A stretch of DNA of 63,840 bases, the filler included, from Octopus bimaculoides (Eukaryota), in assembly GCF_001194135.2 (NCBI RefSeq). It is 7 parts of 6 records of this genome, joined end to end, with 100 filler letters (N's around TTAATTAATTAA, not from the genome) between each part and the next. Parts side by side here need not be neighbours in the genome. Positions count along the whole stretch, not along the records: positions 26,637 to 41,649 come from NC_068995.1; 6 more parts are not named here. One strand, written 5' to 3'. Position 1 is the first letter of the stretch. Each line of letters opens with the position of its first letter. The notes under the pieces are model-generated. The model did no database searches and was not told where the DNA came from. It was given only the letters and a program-made list of their open reading frames with translations. Shown piece after piece: positions 28,169 to 41,208 of the stretch. A program made the translations under genes and the position numbers.

Positions 28169-28785
28169 AATATATGAATACATATGCAAACATATATTGA
28201 TATGTATATGCATATATATATATATATATATATTATATATACATAGATGTATAATGTATATATGTTTGTGCGTGTATGCGTACAAATATGTATGTACATA
28301 TTTATACATAAACACACGCTTACACATACACATATATATATACATACACANNNNNNNNNNNNNNNNNNNNNNNNNNNNNNNNNNNNNNNNNNNNNNNNNN
28401 NNNNNNNNNNNNNNNNNNNNNNNNNNNNNNNNNNNNNNNNNNNNNNNNNNNNNNNNNNNNNNNNNNNNNNNNNNNNNNNNNNNNNNNNNNNNNNNNNNNN
28501 NNNNNNNNNNNNNNNNNNNNNNNNNNNNNNNNNNNNNNNNNNNNNNNNNNNNNNNNNNNNNNNNNNNNNNNNNNNNNNNNNNNNNNNNNNNNNNNNNNNN
28601 NNNNNNNNNNNNNNNNNNNNNNNNNNNNNNNNNNNNNNNNNNNNNNNNNNNNNNNNNNNNNNNNNNNNNNNNNNNNNNNNNNNNNNNNNNNNNNNNNNNN
28701 NNNNNNNNNNNNNNNNNNNNNNNNNNNNNNNNNNNNNNNNNNNNNNNNNNNNNNNNNNNNNNNNNNNNNNNNNNNNNNNNNNNNN

Positions 28786-28822
<37 letters not shown>

Positions 28823-29328
28823 CAGAGTTGTACTTGCATAGCAAGTGACCTGATCTGAGATCGTGCGCTGAAACAAAACAATTACAACGTGGAAGGTGTT
28901 TATAAGCCATTTAAAAACACGCAAAATCCGTTAGATTCAACTCAACATTTAAATTTAATTTGCCAAAATACTTTCGTCGCTTTATATTTATATATGTACC
29001 GTAGATATTCGTGTAAACGTCGAATTTTTAGATAATTTTTCAAGGTCAAATTTATGGGTTCGACTATTACATGCATATTCAATTTGAGAGGCTGAAATTC
29101 AAGCTGGAATCCGAAATACCGTATCAGCAGCAGAAGCCCAACTGATCTCTGAGTGAATAAAAAATAAAACACAGTGAATGACAGTAGTATCATAAATTCT
29201 ATACACCTCCTAATAAATAACAAACGCCATAAACCAGACCGCGTCGCTCTTATAAAAAAGAGCTAGAGGATGTCATGTCCAGTTACCAGTAAATGTCCAT
29301 AATATAGTGTAGAGTTGTTAATCTAGTG

Positions 29329-29446
29329 TAGGGATCCCCAAAGTGCGTTGTGCAAAACCCCAGGGTTCTCTGAAAGTTATCCGGGGCTCCACGTTTTTAA
29401 AATTATGTCGAATTATACCGCGGCAAAAAATGTTTGGGAAACACTG
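29329..29446. mobile_element. hAT (Charlie-like) MITE, 118 bp, with 8 bp TSD
   Basis: Termini TAGGGATCCCCAAA and tgtttgggaaacactg (reverse complement CAGTGTTTCCCAAA). Flanked by ATCTAGTG (29321-29328) and ATCTAGCG (29447-29454), a 7/8 match fitting the NTCTAGAN-type preference. Confidence 0.75.
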
Positions 29447-30814
29447 ATCTAGCGATTAACTACATGTTTTTAGGATTACCGAATACATGCCTCTACGAAT
29501 TCATACAGCCAATAGTGCTGTTTGTGAAACAGGTTTCTCACCATGTAAACAACGAGTGTATGACGCATGTGTTTATTGTACTTGAAGACATACGCAGGTT
29601 TGCAGCAAATCCTGTGTATACATATTAGTAATGGTGATGGCGCACCCATCAACAAATGTGTAATGCTCACTATTAAATGGTGTTTTACTATAAGCAGCGA
29701 GCACCAAGCATTCCTCCTAAAGGGCAGGCTACAGTAATTTTGTAACAGTGTTATTTATACGTACATAATAATACGGTACCTTGACCCACAAATTTTATTC
29801 TGTTGTTCGTGAAATTCTAGGGTCGCCTTTTATATGGGGTCTATGAAAAATTACGAATTTTTTGGCCCGAAATGGAGGTCGACTATTACTCAAGTATATA
29901 AGGTGAATATTTACACACACACACACATATATGCATACATATATATATACATACATACACATATATATATATATATATATATANNNNNNNNNNNNNNNNN
30001 NNNNNNNNNNNNNNNNNNNNNNNNNNNNNNNNNNNNNNNNNNNNNNNNNNNNNNNNNNNNNNNNNNNNNNNNNNNNNNNNNNNNNNNNNNNNNNNNNNNN
30101 NNNNNNNNNNNNNNNNNNNNNNNNNNNNNNNNNNNNNNNNNNNNNNNNNNNNNNNNNNNNNNNNNNNNNNNNNNNNNNNNNNNNNNNNNNNNNNNNNNNN
30201 NNNNNNNNNNNNNNNNNNNNNNNNNNNNNNNNNNNNNNNNNNNNNNNNNNNNNNNNNNNNNNNNNNNNNNNNNNNNNNNNNNNNNNNNNNNNNNNNNNNN
30301 NNNNNNNNNNNNNNNNNNNNNNNNNNNNNNNNNNNNNNNNNNNNNNNNNNNNNNNNNNNNNNNNNNNNNNNNNNNNNNNNNNNNNNNNNNNNNNNNNNNN
30401 NNNNNNNNNNNNNNNNNNNNNNNNNNNNNNNNNNNNNNNNNNNNNNNNNNNNNNNNNNNNNNNNNNNNNNNNNNNNNNNNNNNNNNNNNNNNNNNNNNNN
30501 NNNNNNNNNNNNNNNNNNNNNNNNNNNNNNNNNNNNNNNNNNNNNNNNNNNNNNNNNNNNNNNNNNNNNNNNNNNNNNNNNNNNNNNNNNNNNNNNNNNN
30601 NNNNNNNNNNNNNNNNNNNNNNNNNNNNNNNNNNNNNNNNNNNNNNNNNNNNNNNNNNNNNNNNNNNNNNNNNNNNNNNNNNNNNNNNNNNNNNNNNNNN
30701 NNNNNNNNNNNNNNNNNNNNNNNNNNNNNNNNNNNNNNNNNNNNNNNNNNNNNNNNNNNNNNNNNNNNNNNNNNNNNNNNNNNNNNNNNNNNNNNNNNNN
30801 NNNNNNNNNNNNNN

Positions 30815-30846
<32 letters not shown>

Positions 30847-31194
30847 AGATCAAGTTGCTTCGTGATTTTTAATTCTTTGTTCGTAATTTCCTTCAGTTTC
30901 CCACTCTTTAAATTCCCATTAAAAACACCTACAATGTTGATGGCGTTGTTTCTGGTCACTTTTTCCTTTCTCTTGTAACAACGTGTCTGTCAGTTTCTAA
31001 TTTATCTTCCATTCCTTGTTATTAATTTGGCTCTCAAAATGGTAGCTAACAGATGTAAAAGTCAGCGCATTACTTTTCTCTTAAATAACATAATTTACAG
31101 TAGTCTTTAGGCGACAACTGAAAAAATTTGAACATAACGTCATTGAATAATATAACTCAAAATACATTATATACAATATAATAGGGGAATATTC

Positions 31195-31385
31195 TAAGGA
31201 GTCGAGATGGCAGAAACGTTACCACACCGGGCGCAATGCTTCGCGGTATTTCGTCTGTCTTTACATCCTGAGTTCAAATTCCGCCGGGGTCGACTTTGCT
31301 TTCAATCCGTTCGGTATGTTAAGTAACAGTTGCGTGTTAGAGTCGGCCTAATCAACAGGCCAAAATTTCGTGCCTAGAGTAGGAA
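31195..31385 (+). mobile_element. Family B tRNA-derived SINE
   Basis: A-box-like TGGCAGAAACG and B box GAGTTCAAATTCC. Confidence 0.85.
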
Positions 31386-31544
31386 TATTCTAAGTATTTC
31401 TGATTCGTTTTTCGATTTTGTTATATTACTGAAATGCCAAAAAAAAAAATATATATTCTCGTTTCTTTTAAGAATTTGAAACGTTGAGACAACGCAAACC
31501 TTTATTCATTGTTTTATTACCAACAGTAGTAATGTTAATCCGTC

Positions 31545-31715
31545 TTCCTATAGGCACAAAGTCCGAACTTTTGGGGGATGGGACTAGTCGATTACATCGA
31601 CTCCAGTGCTCAACTGGTATTTGATTTATCGACCTCAAAATGGTGAAACGTAAATTCGGCCTCGACTGAATTTGAACTCCGAACGTAAGGAGCGACGAAA
31701 TACTACTAAGCATTT
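31545..31715 (-). mobile_element. Family B tRNA-derived SINE
   Basis: gtcgattacatcgactccagtgctcaactggta...gaatttgaactcc is the reverse orientation of the family body. Confidence 0.85.
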
Positions 31716-33314
31716 TCTCCTTTTGCCTAGTTACCGCCCATCATTATACCTACAGTTAATTATCTGACCTTTAAATTCAATCATCAAACTTTTATGTCTA
31801 AACTAAAACAAACTTTATTTAGAACTTTTACTACAACCGGAGACATCTACATTACTATACCTGATAATAAAACATTTTATCTTNNNNNNNNNNNNNNNNN
31901 NNNNNNNNNNNNNNNNNNNNNNNNNNNNNNNNNNNNNNNNNNNNNNNNNNNNNNNNNNNNNNNNNNNNNNNNNNNNNNNNNNNNNNNNNNNNNNNNNNNN
32001 NNNNNNNNNNNNNNNNNNNNNNNNNNNNNNNNNNNNNNNNNNNNNNNNNNNNNNNNNNNNNNNNNNNNNNNNNNNNNNNNNNNNNNNNNNNNNNNNNNNN
32101 NNNNNNNNNNNNNNNNNNNNNNNNNNNNNNNNNNNNNNNNNNNNNNNNNNNNNNNNNNNNNNNNNNNNNNNNNNNNNNNNNNNNNTATGTATGTATGTAT
32201 GTATGTATGTATGTATGTATGTATGTATGTATATGTACGTATGAATATACAAGAGAGAGAGAGAGAGAGTGGGGAGAGACGTTTGTGAGTGTGTATATCA
32301 AAGAACTAAAGTAAAATTCAATTAACTTTAAATGTTTCAAATACAAACAATCTGTACAAACAACTTGTTTTCTTTGAACATTTAAATTAATTTTGAAAAT
32401 ATCTATCGTTATACAATCTACTTGTGCTCGCGCAGATTCACATAGTTACAGCATATATAAATACACAGTCACGAAGGCGTACGCACACCCACAAGAAGCA
32501 GCGCAGCCGCTAATCGCTTTGTACATCTGCTGGAAAGACCTACTAAATCAGCTTCAACTAAGACTACATTGCCTCCAGAAAGTGAAGGGATATGTCGGGT
32601 AAGGCGGTCAATGACATACGGAAAGCCAAGACGGTCAGAACTGTAATTTGTGGTCGTATATCTTAACCAACTTACGTTTGTGTCTAAAGATCAAAGGCAG
32701 TAACCCCAGGCACACAGTCACTTACTCCTTGCAAATATCTATATGCATGCTCGGTTTATGTGTGTATAGTAAGGAAAGTTAATAATACGCCCATACAGAC
32801 TCTCATATACATATATGTGTGTCTCTGTGTTAATTTAATTATGCTTGCAAGATAATCATTTTCATTCTTAATTACCAATTTCTGTCAGTTGATTAAAACA
32901 AAACCCACACATTTTTACAATTATTTCCAGGGAATGACGCAATCTTGTGAAGTATTTTGCGGAAAGGAAGTCGTACGAATATTTTCCAAACTGCGGTTAT
33001 ATTCGTATGATTTGAGATTCTTTTCAAATGTTTCGTTCAGCATAAACTTCATGTACTACTCTTATTATTTCCTCTTTCTGCCTTCCGTTTATTACAACAC
33101 TACATATTCACCGCGTCACTCTGAAAATCACAAGGAAGTACCCCTTTCTAAGCATGACATATCAGCAATCGTGATGCCGTAAGTAGACCCAGAAAACGTC
33201 GTCATAAATTGCGTGTACATCAATGTGTTAGTAATATATATACATACACACATGCATGCATACTTATATATGCGTGTGTGAGCGTGTGCATGTATGTATA
33301 TCTTTTAGCTTTCG

Positions 33315-33520
33315 TCTTTTCCTCTTTTCAGACACTGGACTACGGCCATACTGGAGGACTGCTTTTAAGTGTTTTAGTTGAAAAAAATTGATCCCAGTAC
33401 TTATTCCTTTAAAGCCTGATACATATTTCATAGGTCTTTTCTATAGAACCGCTAAGTTACGGTGACATAATCCTACCTACGGTAGTTGTCAAGCGATGTT
33501 GAAGCACAAACACATACACA
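33315..33520 (-). mobile_element. SINE-like dispersed repeat (family 'E'), degenerate
   Basis: ttcagacactggactacggccatactggag...gaaccgctaagttacgg...gttgtcaagcg. The same end recurs at 62957-63005 (ttcagtctttcactgcggccatgctggagcacc). Strand is inferred. Confidence 0.6.
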
Positions 33521-36500
33521 CACACTAGATATATGTATATATGTATGTATATATCTATATGCATATATGTAAAAAAATTAGATTCAGGTGAATATGGTGC
33601 TTGAGTTTAGGCACCAACATTAAATATGATGTTATCCATGCAGTCTCCATACATATCCATCATCACGTTCTGATTATATAAAGCTTTCCAGTCATAAATT
33701 GCAAGTTATTCCGGTGGTTGCAAAAAAAAATGGGAATGTGCATCATACGTGGTGCATAAATGTCAAGGAAATACCCGTATGTCTTCTGTATCGCATGCGA
33801 TACACAAGGCAAACAAAAGCTTCGCTCAAAGTAAACGGCTGGTGATAGTTTACAAGCGTTTCTGGAATAACATACAAAACGACGTTCATTTTGTTTGGAT
33901 TAGAGCTTGGCCATGAAGTAATGCCTTAGGAATAATCATTAAATACATTTATCTGTGCGAGATTGAGTAATAGGCGTTATGATGGCGGGTACACTAATCC
34001 AAGTTTGACTTATTTCGTATAAGTTACAGTACTAGATGAGAAATGTGAATTTGCTCATAATCTCTATAATAATCTCAGTTCACGTTTTAAGGTATTATAA
34101 TACTGGGAATAGTATAATATGATATATTATAACCGATTAAATAAGAAAGAGTGTAACATGGTACCGAAACAACTGAAGTCTTCATTTGTAACCATATGTG
34201 TTGAACCGCAAAATACTGAGAGAGATACAATAAAGAATATAAGAGCTTTCAAACCTAATGTTGCTGCTACATACGAACACAGTTTCAATATATTTATGAT
34301 CGGAGTGATAAAATCATTTTGATTTGATTTTATGAGTTTGAGACAAAGAAACACATTAGCACCTAGCTCATATTCGTGATTAGTATTTGATAATTGGTCG
34401 TAAATTTGGTTGTCAGAAGGTGTGAAATTCTAAGTTTTAGGAGCAGATATTTTGAGAAAGTATAATAGTGATGACCGTTCGAAAGTAAAAAAAGAAAAGA
34501 CATAAATAAGTTAAAAATGGAAATAGAACATCGGTGTGGTGGGGCGATTTTTCCAATAAAGGTGAGATAAAAGAGAAAAGCTGAGAGAGAATGACAGGTG
34601 TTATGAGATATGATCTTATATCGGAGACATTGTTAGAGAGAAGTGGTTGGTGAGATACCTGATGGATGGAAAGCTTGGCAACGTAGTGTGCTAAGAAACA
34701 ACTTATAATTTGGAGTTTCAGAAGCGTTTGGGGAGACACAGAAGCTGAACCTGGCACCACACCCGTAGTGGATTGCACATGGTGTTAATTGAAGAAAGCT
34801 AAATACCAGGACACGGTTGATGAGGCTATTGTCAAATGAGGGCCTATAGATTATTCCACAATGGAGTTGGACCATGACAGACTTTAGCAAGATTTGCCTA
34901 TTATCTCCCAAACAATTAAAGAAATGAGTAGAAAGATTACCATGGTAGCTGATATGATTTACCGATGGTTGCGGTTGACAACAGAACAAAAATTGGAACC
35001 TTTCTTTCGGTGAATTTAATCCTCGCTAATTCGATCCTCGCAGCTCTCTCAGGCGAAGATTTATGTATGTATTAGGGCTTCCAGCTACTTCAGTATTTAC
35101 ACACACACGCACATACACACACACNNNNNNNNNNNNNNNNNNNNNNNNNNNNNNNNNNNNNNNNNNNNNNNNNNNNNNNNNNNNNNNNNNNNNNNNNNNN
35201 NNNNNNNNNNNNNNNNNNNNNNNNNNNNNNNNNNNNNNNNNNNNNNNNNNNNNNNNNNNNNNNNNNNNNNNNNNNNNNNNNNNNNNNNNNNNNNNNNNNN
35301 NNNNNNNNNNNNNNNNNNNNNNNNNNNNNNNNNNNNNNNNNNNNNNNNNNNNNNNNNNNNNNNNNNNNNNNNNNNNNNNNNNNNNNNNNNNNNNNNNNNN
35401 NNNNNNNNNNNNNNNNNNNNNNNNNNNNNNNNNNNNNNNNNNNNNNNNNNNNNNNNNNNNNNNNNNNNNNNNNNNNNNNNNNNNNNNNNNNNNNNNNNNN
35501 NNNNNNNNNNNNNNNNNNNNNNNNNNNNNNNNNNNNNNNNNNNNNNNNNNNNNNNNNNNNNNNNNNNNNNNNNNNNNNNNNNNNNNNNNNNNNNNNNNNN
35601 NNNNNNNNNNNNNNNNNNNNNNNNNNNNNNNNNNNNNNNNNNNNNNNNNNNNNNNNNNNNNNNNNNNNNNNNNNNNNNNNNNNNNNNNNNNNNNNNNNNN
35701 NNNNNNNNNNNNNNNNNNNNNNNTATATATATATATATATGCGTGTATATATGTATAAATGTCTAAATATTGTATTTAATTACAATTTGAATTCTATTTA
35801 TTGTTCATTAATTTATAATCTTTATAGCTACTACGGAATTTACAATTTTTAATGTCGAAGTCATTTTCCTTAATTGCTTGAATATGTTTAAGCAATATAT
35901 CAATACGTTTTACTATAAATCATAATTTTAAATTTGTATCTCAGTACAATAAATTAATATTCCTCCATATTAGATTACGTAAATTTCTTCCGAGAAACAA
36001 AGTAAAGTAGAAGTATTAATGAAATATAGATGCTAGTTATTAAAATAGTCTTGATCTAATGCTTATTAATCCATATTTTATTAAGCGCGAGTTCTCACTG
36101 TCTGATGCCTGTCTATCTGGAGTGCATAATTTCATTCAGTTTACATGTGTATTACAGTAGCCATCTTTCTCTGTTTGTGATGATAACATACAGAGACACA
36201 TAGCTATCAGAATATTGAATTTCTGAATAGAAAATCAAATATTACTGTCGTTGTCTGTGTATTTGTTAGCTAATATTATAAGAAAACGAATGTAGAAGAG
36301 TCTACTGCTTGTTTCCAAGTTTCTACTAATGCTACATTAAATTTATGCAACTATTCATACATTTTGTTCTGTTGTAAGAAAAAAGATGCACACATTCTAT
36401 CTAGGATTGGAACCGAAATTTTAAATAAATGGGCATGTATAAATAAAGGGTGTTTCTATTCCAATCAGCCATAGAGTCTCTACTCACGCCAGCAAGTCAG

Positions 36501-39104
36501 CCTCTACTGAAGCCATTAAGACAGTATTCACTCGAGCCAACAAGACAGGCTTTACTCACCCAGCTAAAAATACAGACATCACTCAAGCCATTATGACAGG
36601 TTTAATATATGTAGTGTTGGCTCGAGTAAAGATAAAGTACAGCATTGTTGGTTACAAAGCAGTGAAATCTGTATTGTAACCAACAATGAAGACTTCACTC
36701 TAGCTAACAACACAGTTTACAGTCAATTTAGCCAAAAACACATACTCCACTCGAGCTAAAAGGACAACCTCTATTCTAGCCATCAAGGCGGGAGTTACTC
36801 CTCCAGCTAACAATACAGCCTTCACTCACGCTATTAAAATGGTCGGCTTCACTCAATTAAGTTAGTCTTCTATGCTCAAACCTTACACGACCTTACCCTG
36901 AATTTTTTAAAACTCATATCATCTCTCATCACGTACATATACAACAGGATGCAGTTTTGACAGACTGAATTTTCGTAGAAAAGTAACAGAGTTAAACACT
37001 GTCATCACTTTTTCTCTTCTTCTGTGGAATGGAATGTTACATGTTTCCGTGTTAATTCGTATTTCATGATTTAAATATTGAAATTTACTACAATAAAATC
37101 ATACATGATTAATTTTCATGCCGGATTGATATGTTAATAATTTCTTAATTGTTATCAAACTGACGGCAATATGTAAATTGACGTTTCGCCATTATATTTT
37201 TATGGTTTTTATGTTCACAAATATAAGTAGAGGCAGCAAGGTCAAACCACATACGTAGGATTTTGGAAAATGCCTTCTTCTGTAGGTCGACACATTCTTC
37301 TGAGTAAAAATAGTTGCCTGCCGATCCGTGAATATTCCAAAAGTAGTAGGCAGCGGTAAAACCTCGTAGAAAATGATTTTAAAAGAGAACTGGAAGACGT
37401 ATCTTGCTGTCGAAAAATTCTGTCGGGTGTTGTAAAAGATGAAAGAGTCAAAAAAGCTGGTTGACGAGCTGTACTTACTTGAATGACGATGGTTATTTTC
37501 TGAATAGTATCATTACAAACGTCAGTGCCTCACCATAGCCACAGCTCTCGAGCTGAAAGTAGTTAAATAGTTAAAAAAATATAAGGGGCAGCTGAATCAA
37601 CGTGTACGGCCATAATAGTGATTCAAATAGTTACTTGTTACAGAAGTTCGATCAGTGGTTTCACGACTAAGAAAACGCCCCAGAGTCGCTGAAATGTAAG
37701 CGGGGTGCAGATATTCTATTTTGGGGAGGGATATCATTAAATATACGTTTGTAGTAAATGGTGCAACGATGTATGAAGGTCAGAAGCGTTCAAAACTTGA
37801 CCTTCCTGCTGTTTTGTATTATTTTTCCAGATATATTCCATATAGAAAACATCATCCAACGACTCATTCCCGTTATAAGATAATGGCATATGACTGAAGT
37901 TGCATTTGGATGCTATTTCTAGTGATAGTGTGAACACATAGAGGTCACGTTGATTTAATTAAAAGCTGGCCCGTTGTTTAAGGCAGTTTTGGGGTATTTC
38001 CATTACTTAAAAATCATTGATGCGGTTTGATGGAGTTTCGGCTTCTATGTTTTGTGGGTCATATGACCAAGTAGAGGTTTCCTCCTTCGCCCGACCGTCC
38101 AACTGCTCCTCTATAAGGCAGTTAAATGTAGATGACTTGTGTAACTAAGGCAACTACTGTATATTAAAACGAGTGCGTCAAAAACTTATTACAAATGTGC
38201 CCACTTTGAAATATATAAGAGTGTGTCCACAGGCCACTAAGAATTTTATCACCAGTAGATCTGTTACGGAGTTTTGGCGAAACATAAAACGGCACTTGGT
38301 TTGGCGTTTATGTCAGATTTAAGTGTAAATTCTTTATTTCCTGTTTCAACCTTAGGCATCTGATAGCTGTCAGCTTATATACTCATTGTAATGTTTCTGG
38401 AGAGCTAACTGAATCACATAGAATTCTTACTTAGATATTATCACTAGCGTGTCGTAAATTAACAGATTTAAGTTAAAGCTGGTGACGTTATACGTAATAT
38501 CTACAAACTTCATATCGTCAATGCATGGATTCTTTACAACCTTTGTCGTATTGTTGTTTATTGTTGCCGTTGTTGTTACAGAATACGGTACGGTGTTCTC
38601 CAAATATATTGAAGTTCTGCTCTTGAAGTTGTCGCGGAAATCTCTTGCTTCTTAAGTTCATACTGACTGACCACGTCATATAGAGAGACAGTTGGGTATC
38701 GAATGTCTGAAAATAATAAAACAACCCTATCTTTCAAACCTAAATAGGGGACAACGATGTGGCTCTTCAACCTACCCAAATACCAGTCAAAGCATACACT
38801 ATTATCTGAGATTAGAACATATCAAACAACGTGATACAAGGCTCTTCTTGTTTTTAGGAATAACAAGGAAGCATAACTGCTGGAGTACACTTGACTATTC
38901 ATATTCTTGTATTTCGTTAACCTAGGCCTCAACTAGAACAATAAGCGTGTCACTTACTAGTGGAGGATCTTACAGTGATACACGTTTATGTATCGTGTTG
39001 CTACTGTAGTGAGAGTGTTGAGTGTGGTTGCAGTTGTTGATGAGAATGATGAGGAGAAAAAAGAAGAGGAATTGGAGGATATTTTTGGTTATTATAGTAT
39101 TAAT

Positions 39105-39295
39105 GAGCTGGCAGAATCGTTAGCACCCCGGGCATAAAACGCTTAGCGGAATTTCCTCTTTCTTTACGTTCCGAATTTAAGTTGCACCGAGGCCAACTTT
39201 GCCTTTCATCCTTTTGAAGTCGAGAAAATATGTACCATCTAATTTCTGAGGGTGACATGCCCGAATACTGGCCTTGTGCAAAAACTTGAATCTGA
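39105..39295 (+). mobile_element. Family B tRNA-derived SINE
   Basis: gagctggcagaatcgttagcaccccgggc...gaggccaactttgcctttcatcc. Confidence 0.85.
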
Positions 39296-40690
39296 AGTTT
39301 ACTACAACTGTGTTGTAGCGGTCATCTGGTGACTCTGATAGAATTCTTCGATGTTTGGTCATATCGTAATTTTAGTAGCAGCTACTGTTGAAGAGTAAAT
39401 TATTACTGCAATAAACCCGACCAGCTGGCATTTAAGAAGTTTTGAACAAAGCATTGATAAGTTTTACAACAGAACTGCTGTATTTACTGTGAAATATTCT
39501 GCTGTGTGGTAGCTGTAGGTCAAATATGACTAACGTTTCTGCTTTTAATTTCATTTGGAAACTTCAAGTTTGTTTTAGTTCTCTAGTTTATTGTAGATGT
39601 CCGAGAAAAAACATACAAAAGAACGTGCTTCAAAATGGGTTATAATGTTATATTGACGTGGATGATACTATTTAAGATTTCGGTGTCTCCTTCAGTGACA
39701 CAATCGTTTCCTCTCGTTAAATGTGAACGGCTGATTTTCAATTGGCTGTTTGGTTCACTATCGATTAGATAGTCTTTTATATTTCATAGTGACATATAAG
39801 CTAAAGAAATGTGAAAAAAAAAATTGTAAAACTATCTTGAATTTTGATCTGCTAAAACTAAGAAGAGATATAGTGTCTTATCTTTATCATTGATCTACTC
39901 ATCCGTTCTCACAAGAGATTTGATCTATAAAGGGCTGATCTCATAAGGGGTTATCCTGCTACGTAAAAGATATTGTATATTCACCAGTTCCCGCCGACTA
40001 CTGGTTCCTACGCTTCGTAAGGTCATCAACATCGTAAAATCTAACATTACATCAGGACAGGTCATCATGTATTTACGCCTTCCTTTAATGCCCGTCAATC
40101 AAAATAAATGGTTCTATACATGTTATTCAACTGTGGCTTCTTGTGTATTTAGCCTCATTGAATTGAGTCTAGTCAGAGGCAATCTTTTTGAGCGTAAACT
40201 ATTTTGAGCTCAGCGTCTCTGTACTTTTGCGCTTCCCTGTTTGTTATTTTGTTTTGATAATAAACACCAGAAGCAACTCGCGAAAGAGTGCGATAGTCAT
40301 TATTTATATCTTCTGCTAGAGTTTCTCTTATTGTTCAAGCTTTGCTACTTCACAACAGAACTGTTTCGATGCAAGATTTGGTAAAGTAACATTTAAATTC
40401 TATCATTGACTGATTCCAAATAAAATATTGTCTGCTACTATTCAAGCTAATTGGTGTCTTTGTCTAGAATTATTTCTATTGGCTGTCGTGTCGTCACATA
40501 TAACAGAACACAAATCTGTAACAATAACAATTTGCGATGCTGTGATAATATATATATATATATGTATGTGTGAGTGTGCGTGAGTGTGTTGTCTATGAAT
40601 TTATGTGTGTGTGAGTGTGTCTGTCAGTGTGTCAGTGTGTGTGTGTGTGTGTGTGTGCGTGCGTGCGAATATATGCGTGTGTGAGTGTGC

Positions 40691-40727
<37 letters not shown>

Positions 40728-41161
40728 TGTGCGTGTGTCAATTTGGAGTTGAGGTCACCAAGAAACATTGTTTTGGTTTTGAATTCATTGATTCTTTGTC
40801 CTACTTTTAAAGATGTGCAACAAAATGATTTTAGTGTACAGAATAAAAGCGTGGAGAGAGATAAAGAGAGAGGGAGAGTGAGAGAGAGAGAGAGGGAGAG
40901 AGAGAGAGAAAGAGAGAGGGGTTGTGGAGAGAAACAAAGAATCAAAATTAGACACAGAGTGAGGGAGTGTGTGAGTGAGAAAAAGATTTAGAAAGAAATA
41001 GTGGCTGGAGAGAAAGAGAGAATTAGGTACAGAGAAATGAAAGGGTTAGAGAGAGCGCGGGGAGGTAAATATGAAGTGAAAGGTAAAGATGAGATCTAGA
41101 GAGAAAGAATGGCGAAAGAAGNNNNNNNNNNAGATGAAATCTAGAGAGAAAGAATGGCGAA

Positions 41162-41208
<47 letters not shown>

